Origin: the human T2T-CHM13v2.0 reference genome, Homo sapiens
Length of the DNA stretch: 64,000 nucleotides
Reading direction: 5' to 3' (one strand)
Assembly (NCBI RefSeq): GCF_009914755.1
Contig: NC_060941.1
The notes below the pieces were generated by a model. The model was not told the origin of the DNA. It saw only the letters and a program-made list of their open reading frames with translations, and did not search any database. Numbering within the stretch: the stretch's first letter is position 1; every line of letters starts with the position of its first letter. The translations under genes and the position numbers were made by a program. Of the stretch, positions 39,821-51,654 are shown one piece after another.

Positions 39821-40474
39821 GAAATTTTAAATGATCAAGACTTGTGTGAATTTAGAGAAGTAAGAAAATAAAAAAGAAAACTCAAGGCAACAGAAAGATT
39901 TGGACAGAGCATTGAAAAGAGAGTTGAAATTGGATAAACAGAGTAAGAAAAGGACACTTCTACATGGTAAAAAACTATTCCATAGAAGTTAAATAATTAT
40001 GATAATTTTTGTCATCTCCATCCTAAGAGATGTGGGATTCTGTTTTTCTAAATTAAAAATCAACAAAAATTTAATTTAAAGTAAATATAGTGTAATTAGA
40101 GATCTTAAGCCCTAGCAAAGTGACCAAAGCTGGCTTGCCCTCTGCCCCATAAAGTATTCCTAGATAATGCATAATGGTTGTTAAACTAGGAGATGGGTAG
40201 TCAATTCAATAGCTAAGAAATAACAATTGTAAAGAATAGCATGTTTAGTTGTACAAATTCAGGAAAGACATCTAAAATAACCCCAATCCTTCATGTTAAC
40301 TAGAAACCTGAAATATATGTAGCTTCTCTCACTCTAAACTTCAAGGGAAAACAGATTCAAAAAGATGTTTATAGGAAATCTCATATATCAACTCTTCCAA
40401 TGGGATGGTCCACTGCTGGCCTTTGGCATAATCTACACGTTTGTGTGTATGTGCTGGTTCTCACTGGTTTATTT

Positions 40475-40910
40475 TCTTACCATGGTGATGCCTGAATCTA
40501 CAGCACCCAATTGTGGCAGGCGTTGGAGCAGATGCCTTAACTCCATGTGCCTTTTATGGCTAAATCCGGGTCTGACACTCCACGCACATTGTTAGCTCTG
40601 CACCCACTGTCAAGCAGTCCTCCTTATCTCCTTCAAGGGATTTTTAAACCATCGCACTGCAACAAAAAGGGCTCTTCTGTTACCTTCACTGGTGTTTCAT
40701 CAATGTGGTGATATTGTTCTCTCCTGAGCTGGCCTTATTTTCTGATGAGTAGAGAGACAGACATTCCTTGCATGAATGGGATCGCTTTTCTCGCTCTGTC
40801 CTCAAGTCCCTTTTCTATCTCCACGCAAGTGCAGGAGGTAGAGGTGCTGTCGACATTAACAGAAATCACTCTAGGAATCCAATAGTCATGGTCTAAAGAG
40901 TTCAAGAAAA
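40475..40910 (-). promoter_or_regulatory. Candidate regulatory/exonic island (CArG box, E-boxes, Kozak ATG followed by a GT donor)
   Basis: CCTTTTATGG at 40550-40559; minus strand CATCACCATG|GTAAGA at 40475-40490; acceptor TTTTCTTGAACTCTTTAG ending 40893; locally CpG-richer unique DNA. Confidence 0.3.
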
Positions 40911-42169
40911 GTTATGTTTTTACATTTGTGCTATATAATTCCCAGTGATAAATTTAACATGACCAGAAAATTGATTATTGTTCACGTTTTCCTACATACT
41001 TTGGGTAAACTTGCATTGGTGGTCACGTCAAAGCACAAGAACAGAGAAATCCACTGGCAGCCAGTGGTCAATGGTGGGAAAATGAATAATACAGCATCAT
41101 GACTGTGTAACCAACATTAAACAAATGATACTAGGAACTGCAGAGGCAAGGAGATCTATATTGTTTCAATAGGAATTCCAAAGAGCCATGTCATTGTAAG
41201 CAATAATAGTGCATGAGAAATAATGTTGCTACCTTTCTGGTGATAGGAGATTAGAAATAAGGCAGAAACTGTGTAGCTAAACATAAAGAAAAGAAAGAGA
41301 TGGTTCCTGGACCAAAACATGAAAAGGGTTTGCTTGGAAAATACCAAGATTCTTCACAGGTACTGACTAATAAGATAGTAAACAAATGAATACATGCCCA
41401 TATATTCTTTATCTATTTTGCTGCCTCTTTGCCAATAAATCCCTATACTTTACATGATCCATGAATGTTATAATACGTTGTTTAATAAAAGTGTTCACGT
41501 AGTCAAGGGGTGCTACAAATTATACTTAGTGGGGCCCAACAAATTCTAGGGGCCACCCTTTCTTTTCCTTTTTATCCCCACTTCTTCGTACAGATTCCAA
41601 AAACACCTATGTTTAAGGCAGTATTTTACTACATTTAGTACATTATGGCTTTGTCTATAGCTCAATGGTTGCTACTGATCTCCAGAATAATAGAAAGAAG
41701 ACAAAGAAAGAAAGACTGTTTGCTATGTTTAGGTCTCACCATTTGATCACCAACAAAGCTGATGGGAGAATGACTATATTTTCCAATAAAGAATACCCCA
41801 GGGTTTGTGGAGATTTGACACCTTGTATTCACTGAAAGAGAAAAAAAAACCACTATTCTTATTAGAGAGATCTCTCCAATTTGTGATGCAGGGGAATTAT
41901 GGGAATATAAGAATATGATCTCATGTGGAGTTTTAACGACTTGTTGTCCTTTGACCAAATCCTAGTGCAACGGTATTTATTATATAATACTGTTGTCCAG
42001 GTAAAATCCTGAAACCTTAAATATGTAACTAGCTCAAGCAACTCGGTTATAATAACATGAATACTGTGGCAGATAAAGTAGGCAGAAGTATATGTAGTAA
42101 TGAAAGAAGGTAAAATATATTTTAACACCATTACCAGCCAACACAATATGAACAAATGTATTTTGCCTA

Positions 42170-42785
42170 TTGCTTTGGCAAAGCTTAGTCTTTTTAGTAT
42201 TCAGCATTGACAAGCATGTGGAGAAATGGCTTCTGATTCACTTTAGACAGGAATATAAATAACTGCAAGTCTCTCGAAGGGTAATTTGGGTATAGCTATC
42301 AAAATTTTTTAAATGTACATATATTTTATTCCAGCAATTGTACTTCTAGGTAGATGTGCTCAATATTTTAAAGAAAAAGTTTCTTGCGGCATGACTATAA
42401 TTAAATAAAATCAGAAAAGAAACAATCTAAATGCCAGAATAAGATATTATTTATAAGTTATATGCTTCTACTATGAACTTTGCAGACATTAAAAATAATG
42501 TAAACATTTCTAAAATGCAGAGAATATAATACATTGTTAAATAAAAATAGTTACACAAGTATGACATATTATTAAAATATATGGGAGATATATATGAATA
42601 TATGTGCATAGGTGCAAAAAGTTTATTTAACAAAATATTAACTATTTTTAGATGATAACATTATGACTTCTTATTATGAGTTACTTTTGTTGTGGGCTTT
42701 AAAATTTTCCTTTTGCAAATTTTATACAATGAAAATAGAAAACTTTATAATCAAAGCGCACTACATGTTATAATTTTTAAAACTG
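42170..42785 (+). mobile_element. Degraded L1ME 3' region
   Basis: TTTTATTCCAGCAATTGTACTTCTAGG; AAACAATCTAAATGCC. Confidence 0.6.
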
Positions 42786-42982
42786 CTACTTCTCACTCAC
42801 AAACATAGGCAAATACATTATATTCTAACTGCACTGGTTTATTTTTATACATTCCACTAATATATCAGTTTTATTAAGATAATCACATCAATGTTTAGGA
42901 AGACTCTGAAGTCAGAGCAATGAAGAAATAATACACTGCTTTCAAAAAGCACACATTTTACATACTTACTTTACATATTTAC

Positions 42983-43289
42983 CTTACTCTTAACCATATT
43001 TATCCCACTGTGCAATAGAACACTAGAACTTATTCCTCTCATTATGTTGTAATTTGTGCCCACTGACCAACTTCTCTCTATCCTCCACCCTCTACTTATG
43101 TAATATCAACCGTTTCTTTTTTAGATTCCACATGTGAGTGCTATCATGTGGTATTTCTCTTTTTGTGTATAGCTTACTTTTACTTAATATGATGTCCTCC
43201 AGGTTCATTTATGTTACAACAAGTGACATGGAATGTAGAACTGATGAAACAACTGAGATACCAGACCATTAAACCCCACAGGGAAACAC
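42983..43289 (+). repeat. Diverged direct copy of 45027-45332 (chimeric L1MA 3'UTR/L1 5' junction)
   Basis: Collinear by eye over ~305 bp, including a shared deletion and a shared junction. Confidence 0.9.
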
Positions 43290-43654
43290 GTAGTAAGATG
43301 CATACATCATAAGTACACCATATAATTAACTTTCACATATACAGATGACTTAAGTCAAGGTGTAAAGTATTTCCAAAATGCTTAGATCAAGGCATAGAAC
43401 AGAACTGTCATCTCAGTAAGTATCTTATGACACATTTTCAGTCAAGAGCCACCCCCCAACCACCCTTCAATTCATAGTCTTCATATTTTCCGTAGCAATA
43501 GTAATATCTCTCATTATTCAGTTCTTGTCCTATGATTATGTCTGTGCTAGATATTCTAAATAAATATTTTATTTAATAATACTAATATTCAAATAAAAGA
43601 ATGACTATCAATATTAATCAGCTTACTCCAAGTTACAAAAATTGTTAATAGCAA

Positions 43655-43961
43655 ATAGAAAAAATCCAATTACATTCTCTAAGTTATTTTAAATATACAA
43701 GGAAGTTATTATTGACTATGGTCACCCTGTTGTGCTACCAAATAGTAGGTCTTATTCATTCTTTCTATTTTTTTTTGTACCCATTAACCATCCCCACCAC
43801 CCTCTCCAACCCCCCACAACCCTTCTCAGCCTCTGGAAACCATCCTCCTACTCTCTATGTTCATGAGTTAAATTGTTTTGATTTTTAGATTCTACAAATA
43901 AGTGAGAAAGTGATGTTTGTCTTTCTGTGCCTGGCTTATTTCACTTAACATAACAATCTCC
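43655..43961 (-). mobile_element. L1MA1-3-like 3'UTR fragment
   Basis: GTCACCCTGTTGTGCTACCAAATAGTAGGTCTTATTCATTCT...TTTTTAGATTCTACAAATAAGTGAGAA. Confidence 0.85.
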
Positions 43962-44072
43962 ATAAGAGCGTTTCATTTACCTTCAAACTTAAAGACATTG
44001 TTTGTGTTATGTGGACTTTCGTAAAGTTAAACAATGGAGTTTGGTAATAACTGCATTTCTAAAATTGGCTTG

Positions 44073-44841
44073 ATAAGTGACATCAGCAAGATGGAGGGCT
44101 AAAAAGTCCTTGCTCATTTCCTGTCTAAAACCAAACAATTTTAACAACTAGTCAGAAATTAAAATAGCTCTGGAGGAGCTCCATAGTACAAATAAAATGC
44201 TGCAGCAACTCAGTGGAACAACAACAAAACAAGAATGGTAGCATAGAAAATGGCAGGAAGCATTTTACCTGCATTGCCCTATACCCTCATGCATCCTTTA
44301 GATGCAATTTCTCTACATGGAGAAAAAGAAGGGTAGAAAAATTTCAATAGCCTTCAATGCTGAGAACTAAAAAGCCCTTGTTATCTCATGGACACCCACA
44401 CATGCCACAACAGAGGACCCCTGCAGTCTTTGTGAATGCTAAACCCAGCTGACAGCTGTTCCAGAGCCCATGATGATATGTCCCCCAACCAGCCAGACCT
44501 TTCATTGTACCACCTACCAGAGCCAGAGCCACCACTATAATCTTTATCCTCGGATGGAGCCCTGGCACTGCCTGCCAACATGTATATCTAAACCCTGGAC
44601 CAGATGTTGCTATACACCTCTCTTAGCCAGCACCCCTGCATCTACCTATAGGCAAGATATTTTCTCACCAAAGCCAGTCCATGAAGTCAGGAAGAAGTGA
44701 CTCCCCTTTCAAGTGCACAGACAAGTGCACAAGGGTATAAGAAATATAAAAGCATAATAACACCAAAGGAAAAAAAAGTCTCTAGAAAAGAAGTTCCAAA
44801 GAAATAGAGATCTTTGAAATGCCTGACAAAGAATTCAAAAT
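44073..44841 (+). mobile_element. L1M 5'UTR and ORF1 start
   Basis: GTGACATCAGCAAGATGG start; GAAATGCCTGACAAAGAATTCAAAAT. Confidence 0.75.
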
Positions 44842-45270
44842 GTTTTTTAATTGGCACATTATAATTGTACATATTTATGGTGTACAATATAATATTTCAA
44901 TAAATATGTATGTTGCATAATGATAAAATGAAGGTAATTACCATATCCATCTCCTCATGCTTTTAAATTTTTTGTGGTGAGAATATTCAAACGACTCTCC
45001 TTTGACTATTTTGTAATATGTAATATCTTACTCTTAACCATATTTATCCCACTGTGCAATAGAACACCAGAACTTATTCCTCCCATTATGATGTACTTTG
45101 TCCGCATTGGCCAACCTTTCTCTATCCTCCACACTCTACTTATAATATCAACCTATTTTGTTTTTAGATTAGAAATTGTGAGTGTTATCATGTGGTATTT
45201 CTCTTTATGTATCTGCCTTATTTTACTTAATATGATATCCTCTAAGTTCATTTATGTTACAACAAATGAC
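44842..45270 (-). mobile_element. L1MA4-like 3' end, antisense
   Basis: TTTTTTAATTGGCACATTATAATTGTACATATTTATGG...CTGTGCAATAGAACACCAGAACTTATTCC. Confidence 0.85.
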
Positions 45271-46176
45271 ATGGAACCTAGGACTGATGAAAGAACTGAG
45301 ACACCACTGCATCAAAATCCAAAGAGAAACACCACAGAAAATCGGTGTAACTGGACAGTGGGGAAGCTGCTGAACTCGCAGACAAACCACCACACCCATG
45401 TGCACAAACATCAAGCATGACAACCAACACAGTGGCAGTCCCACCTACTGAAAAATCCACCACACAGCTAACCAGTCTACTGTGCCTATGTATTCTTGCA
45501 CTTGGCCTGACAGCCAGTCTGGCATTGGCCCTTCCCATCAGAGAGACTGCCCTGCCACATGGGTCATGGGCCTGACAACCAGTACAGTGATGGCTGCACC
45601 TCCCTGAAGGCATTGACATTCAGCCTGCCTGTGTCTGGCCCATAAACCAGATAAATGCCCCTCCCCTAACCAAAACCATGCCACTTTCATCACAGACTCC
45701 TTCAGCCCAGACCACTGAAGTAGTTGCAAACATAACAGACAAACATTACAGCTGAAGAAACTTCACAGAATCCATGCTCCTAAGTCCAACAAGAACCAAA
45801 GCCAATGCACTGTTCCCAACTGACTCTGTCAGAACCATCTGCAGGAAAAATGTCTCTTGCTACAAAAGCTACTCCAGAAAATTAGAAAAAGCAACTGTTT
45901 CACCAGAGGCACAGACATCAATGTAGGGATACAAAAAACAAACAAACAAAAAACCAAAAAGGAAACACGATCCTCTCAAAGAACACGATAAGCTTCCAGT
46001 AACAGATTCCCAAAAAGAATATTTATGAAATGCCTAAAAAGAAATTTTAAAAAGATACCCAAAAAGCAATGAGATAGAACAGAATATGAAAAAGTAATTC
46101 AATGATATCAGAAAAATAATTCATAATCTGAATGAAAAAATCTACAAAGAGATATCATTAAAAAAAGAAATATTGG

Positions 46177-46583
<407 letters not shown>

Positions 46584-49408
46584 TTACAGTTAGAGGGAAA
46601 AAAATAATAAGAAGAAACAATGAAGAAAGCCTATGGGACTTACAGGTTACCATAAAGCAAACGAATATTCACTATATAGGGATGTCAGAGGAAAAAAGAT
46701 TTCAAACAATGTCCTGAAAACCTAGTTAATAAAATAATAACTGAAACATTTCCAGATCTTGGGAAAGATATAAACATCTAGATTTAGGAAGCTCATAGAT
46801 GCCAATTAGATTCAACCCAATAGGATTCTCCTGAGATACAACATAATCAAACAGGAAAAATTTGGAAGACAGATAATTCTAGAAGCTGTAATAAAAAAGC
46901 ATTAAATCACACATGAGGAAACTTCCATTAGAATATCCACAGATTTCTCAGCAGAAACATTGCAGGCCAGAAGAGAATGGGAATATAATTATTTAAAATG
47001 AAGAAAAGAAAAAGTGTCAGCCAAGAACACTATAGTTAACAAAGCTGCTCTTTCAAATTAAACAAAAAAAATAAAGACTTTTCCAGATGAGCAAAAGCTG
47101 AGGGAATTCATCACCACTGGACTGGCCTTGCAAGAAATGCTTAGGGAAATGTTTTAACCAGAAATGAAAGGAAAATAAAACAAATGAAACTATAAAACAA
47201 AGTGGTAGAGGTAAATTCATAGTCAAATTCGTATATCATTACTGTAATATTGGTGTGTAAATCATTCGAATCCTTACTATGAAGGGTAAAAGCTAAAATG
47301 ATCAAAAATAGTTATAGATACAATAAGTTTTTAAGAAATATACAAGATCAGAATGTATAAATTGTGGGGGAGGGTAAAAGTCTAGAGCATTTGTATATGA
47401 GCAAAATTTAAGTTATTATCAGTTGAAAGTTGTCTATCCTAATTCTAAGATATTTAATGTAAGCCCCGTGATAACCAGAAAGTAAAAACTACAGCAGATA
47501 CACAAAACAGAAAGAGAAGCAAATTAATGCTTGACACTGCAGAAAAACACCAAATTACAAAGATAGACAACAAGAATAGAAGAAAGGAAAAATGATCTAT
47601 AAATCAACCAGAAAACAGTTAGCAAAATGTCAAGTGGAATTTCTTACCTATCAATGATAATCTTGAATATAAGTGAATTAAATGCTTCAATCAAAAGACA
47701 AAGGGTGACTGAGTAGATTTTTAAAATAATCAACTATTTTGTGCCAGCAAGAGACCCATTTAAGCTTTAAGGACATATATAGGCTGTATCTGAAAGAATG
47801 AAGAAAATATTTCATGCAATAAGTAACCAAAAGAGAGCAGGGGTGGCTATATTTACATAAGATAAAATAGACTTCAAGACAAAAACTGTTACAAGCAACA
47901 AAAAGGTCATTATTTAATGATTAAGGGCTCAATTCATCAGAAGAACATAACAATTTTATGCACCCAACATTGGAGCAACTAAACATGTAAAGCAAATATT
48001 AATGGACATGGAGGAAGAATCAGGGAGAAATACGCTAATAGTAGGAGAATTGTATATTCCACTTTCAACAACAGATAGATCAACCACACAAAAAATTAAT
48101 ACGTTAATACTGGTCTTCAACTGCACTTTAGACCAAATGGATCTAACAGACATATATAGAACTTTCTATCCCAAAACAGCAGGCAAACTAAAAGAAATCT
48201 AAAAGACTCAAGACTCAAATAATTAAAATCAGAAATGAAAATGGAAACATTATAGCAGATGCCTCAGAAATAAAAAGAATATAAAAGAAATAAATAATTA
48301 TATGCCAACAAATTATATGCTAACAAGCAGAGGAAATGAATAAATTCCTAAAACAATATAATCTACTAAAATTAAATCAAGAATAAATAGGAGGCTTGAA
48401 CAGCACAATAACAAATAAAGAGATTAAAGAAGTTATTGAAAAACTTCCAACAAAAAAAGTTTTAAAAAAGTATTGGTAATAATTCTTTGAACGTTTGGTA
48501 GAATTTAGAAATTCTACCAATTCTTCCAAATTTCTCTCAAAGAAAGAAATTCTACCAAACATTCACAAAATTATTTCCAATACTTCTAAATCTCCTGCAA
48601 AAAAAAAAAAAAAGCTATGGAAAATACTTCCAAACACATTTTATGAGGTCAGTATCACTTTCATATCTAAGCCAAAGATATCACAAGAAAATAAAACTAC
48701 AAGCCAAATACTTCTAATAAACATTGATGCAAAAAGCCTAGTAAAATATTAGCAAATAAAATCCAACAATACAACAAAAAGATTATACATCATAATCAAG
48801 TGGGATTTATTCCTGGCATGCAAGTTTCGTTTAACATATGCAAGTTGATCAACGTGATACATCACATTACCAGACTGAAAGATAAAAACGCGTTATTATC
48901 TCAGTTAACACAGAAAAACCATTTGACAATGTTCAGCATCCTTAATTGATAAAAACTTTAAGCAGCTTAGGTATAGAAGAAAAGTTCCTTAGCATAATAT
49001 AATAAAGGCCATTTATGAAATATTCACCGTTAACATCATTATTGATGGGGAACAATTGAAAATGTTTCAAGATCTGGTACAAGACAAAGATGCTTACTCT
49101 CACTATTTCTACTCAACATAGTAATGGGAGTATGAGCAAGAACAAATAGGTAAGAAAAAGACGTAAGAAGCTTCCAAATTAAAAAAAAAAAGAGGTAAAA
49201 TTATCTCTATCTGCAATTGAGATAATCTTATACATAGAAAACCACATATATTCCACAAAAATCTATTAGAAGTAATAAACTTTAAGTAAAATTGCAGGAG
49301 TACAAAATCAACATACAAAAATCAATATAATTTCTATATACAAATAGCAACCTAGCTGAAAAAGAAATCAACAAAACTATCCTGTTTACAATATCATTAA
49401 AAAGTATG

Positions 49409-49679
49409 TAATTGACTCTTGAACAACTTGGGTTTAAACTGCATGGGTAAGTTTCTCTGTGAATTTTTAAAAATATAGTCAGCCCTTTGTATTCACAGGT
49501 TATGTGTCTGCACCAAACATGGATTGAAAATGTAGTATTCACAGGATGCAAAACCTGTGTATATATGAAAGACTGAATTTTGTCTCCACAGCTTCTGCAG
49601 GGCCAACTGGAGATTTGAATATATGTGAATTTTTTTAACTGCAGGGGTCCTGAAACTAATCCGCCATTGATACAAACTG
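49409..49679 (+). mobile_element. MER2B-like Tigger DNA transposon inserted in L1 ORF2
   Basis: TTGACTCTTGAACAACTTGGGTTTAAACTGC...GGGGTCCTGAAACTAATCC...ACTG|TA. Confidence 0.75.
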
Positions 49680-51654
49680 TACTTAGGAATAAATATAACC
49701 AATAAGGTGAAAGATTTGTACAGTACAACTATAAAGCATTAATGAAAAAATAATGAAGACAAAAATAAATAAAAAGATATTCCATGTACATGGGTAGGAA
49801 GAATTAATGTTATTAACATGTCCATACTACCTGAAGCAATAAAGAGATTTAATGTAATCACTATTAAAATTTCTATATTATTCTTTGCAGAAATACAAAA
49901 AATAATCCTAAAGTAATTATGGAATTACAAAAAAATCCTGAATATCCAAAGCAATACTGAAAAAGAAAAATGAATTTGGAAGCATGACACTTTCTGATGT
50001 AAAATTATATTACAAAGATATATTAATCAAATTCATATTGTGCTGGCCTAAAAACAGAAACAAAGACCAACGAAACAGAAGCAAGAGCACAGAATAAATT
50101 CAAACATATATGCTCAACAAATTTTTGACATGGGTGCCATGAGGATATGGTGGGGAAAAGACAGTCTCTTCAATAAACAGTTCTGGGAAAACTGTATTTC
50201 TACATGCAAAAGAATTAAATTTGACTCTTATCTTATACCATACACAAAAAGCTCAAAATGAATAAAAGACCCAAATGTGAGAACTGAAATCATAAAACTC
50301 CTAAAAGAGAATATAAGGAAAATGTTCCTTGATATTGGCTTTGGCAATGGTTTTTTTCGATATCACACCCAAAGTCCTGCTACAAAATCAAAAGTAAATA
50401 AACGGAACCACGTCAAGCTAAAAAGATTCTGCACATCAAAGGAAACAATCAACAAAATAAAATGGCAGCCTACAGAATGGGAAAAATATTTGCAAACCTA
50501 ATATCTGATAACTGGTTAATATCAAAAATTTATTTAAAAAACTTACAACTCAATTGCAAGAAAATAATAACCTGAATAAAAAATGGACAAAGTACCTGAA
50601 AATTATTTTTCCAAAGAAGACATAAAAATGGCCAATAGGTATATGAAAATGTACTCAACATCAGTAATCATTAGAGAAATGCAAATTAAATATAAATTAT
50701 CTCATTATGAGTTATCACCTCATACCCTTTAGGATGGCTATTATCAAAATGACAAGAGAGCACAAAGGTTGGCCAGGGTCTGGAGAAACAAGAAACCTAG
50801 TAAACTGTTAGTGGGGATGTACATTGGTACGGTCATTATAGAAAAAAGTATGGATGTTTCTAAAGAAATTAAAAATAGAAATACTATATGACCCAGCAAT
50901 ACCTCCACTGGGTGAAAACTTCCCAAGAAGATGAAATAACTACCTGATAAAGACATCTGCACTTCCATATTCATTACAGCATTATTCACAATAATCAACA
51001 TATGAAAACGATCTAAGTGTACATCAATGGATAAAGGGCCAAAGAAAATGTGGCATATGTATAAAAGGAATATTATTAAACTTAAAAAAGAAATCTTGCT
51101 ATGTATTACAACATGGATAGAACTGGGAGTCATTACGCTAAGCGAAATAGGTGAGACATTGAAAGAAAAATATGTCATGATCTTACAAATATGTAAAATC
51201 TTTTAAAAATATGTAAATATGCAAAGCTAGGAAACAAAACAGTGATTAACCAAAGGTAGCAGTGAGGGATGGCAGTAGGGAGAAAAAGGTCAAAAGATAC
51301 AAAGTAGTATGTATGTAGGATAAAGAAGTCTAGGAACATAATGTACAACATGAGGACTATAGATAATAAAATGTATGGTATTTTAATTAAATAAGTAGAA
51401 TTTAGCTCTTCTTGTCATCTATAATAATGTAACTACGTGACATGATAGATATGTTCAATTGCTTCACTATAGTAAACACTTTACTCTCTATATGTATCCT
51501 ATAATGTCATGGTGTAAACCTAAAATATACACAATACAATTTACCATAAACATTGTTAATGGATATGAAACAAAAAAGAAGTAAACTCTGACTATAAGAA
51601 CAAAACCTGAATCAAGAAGAAACAGAAAGATTGAGCAGATTAATAACAATTAAG

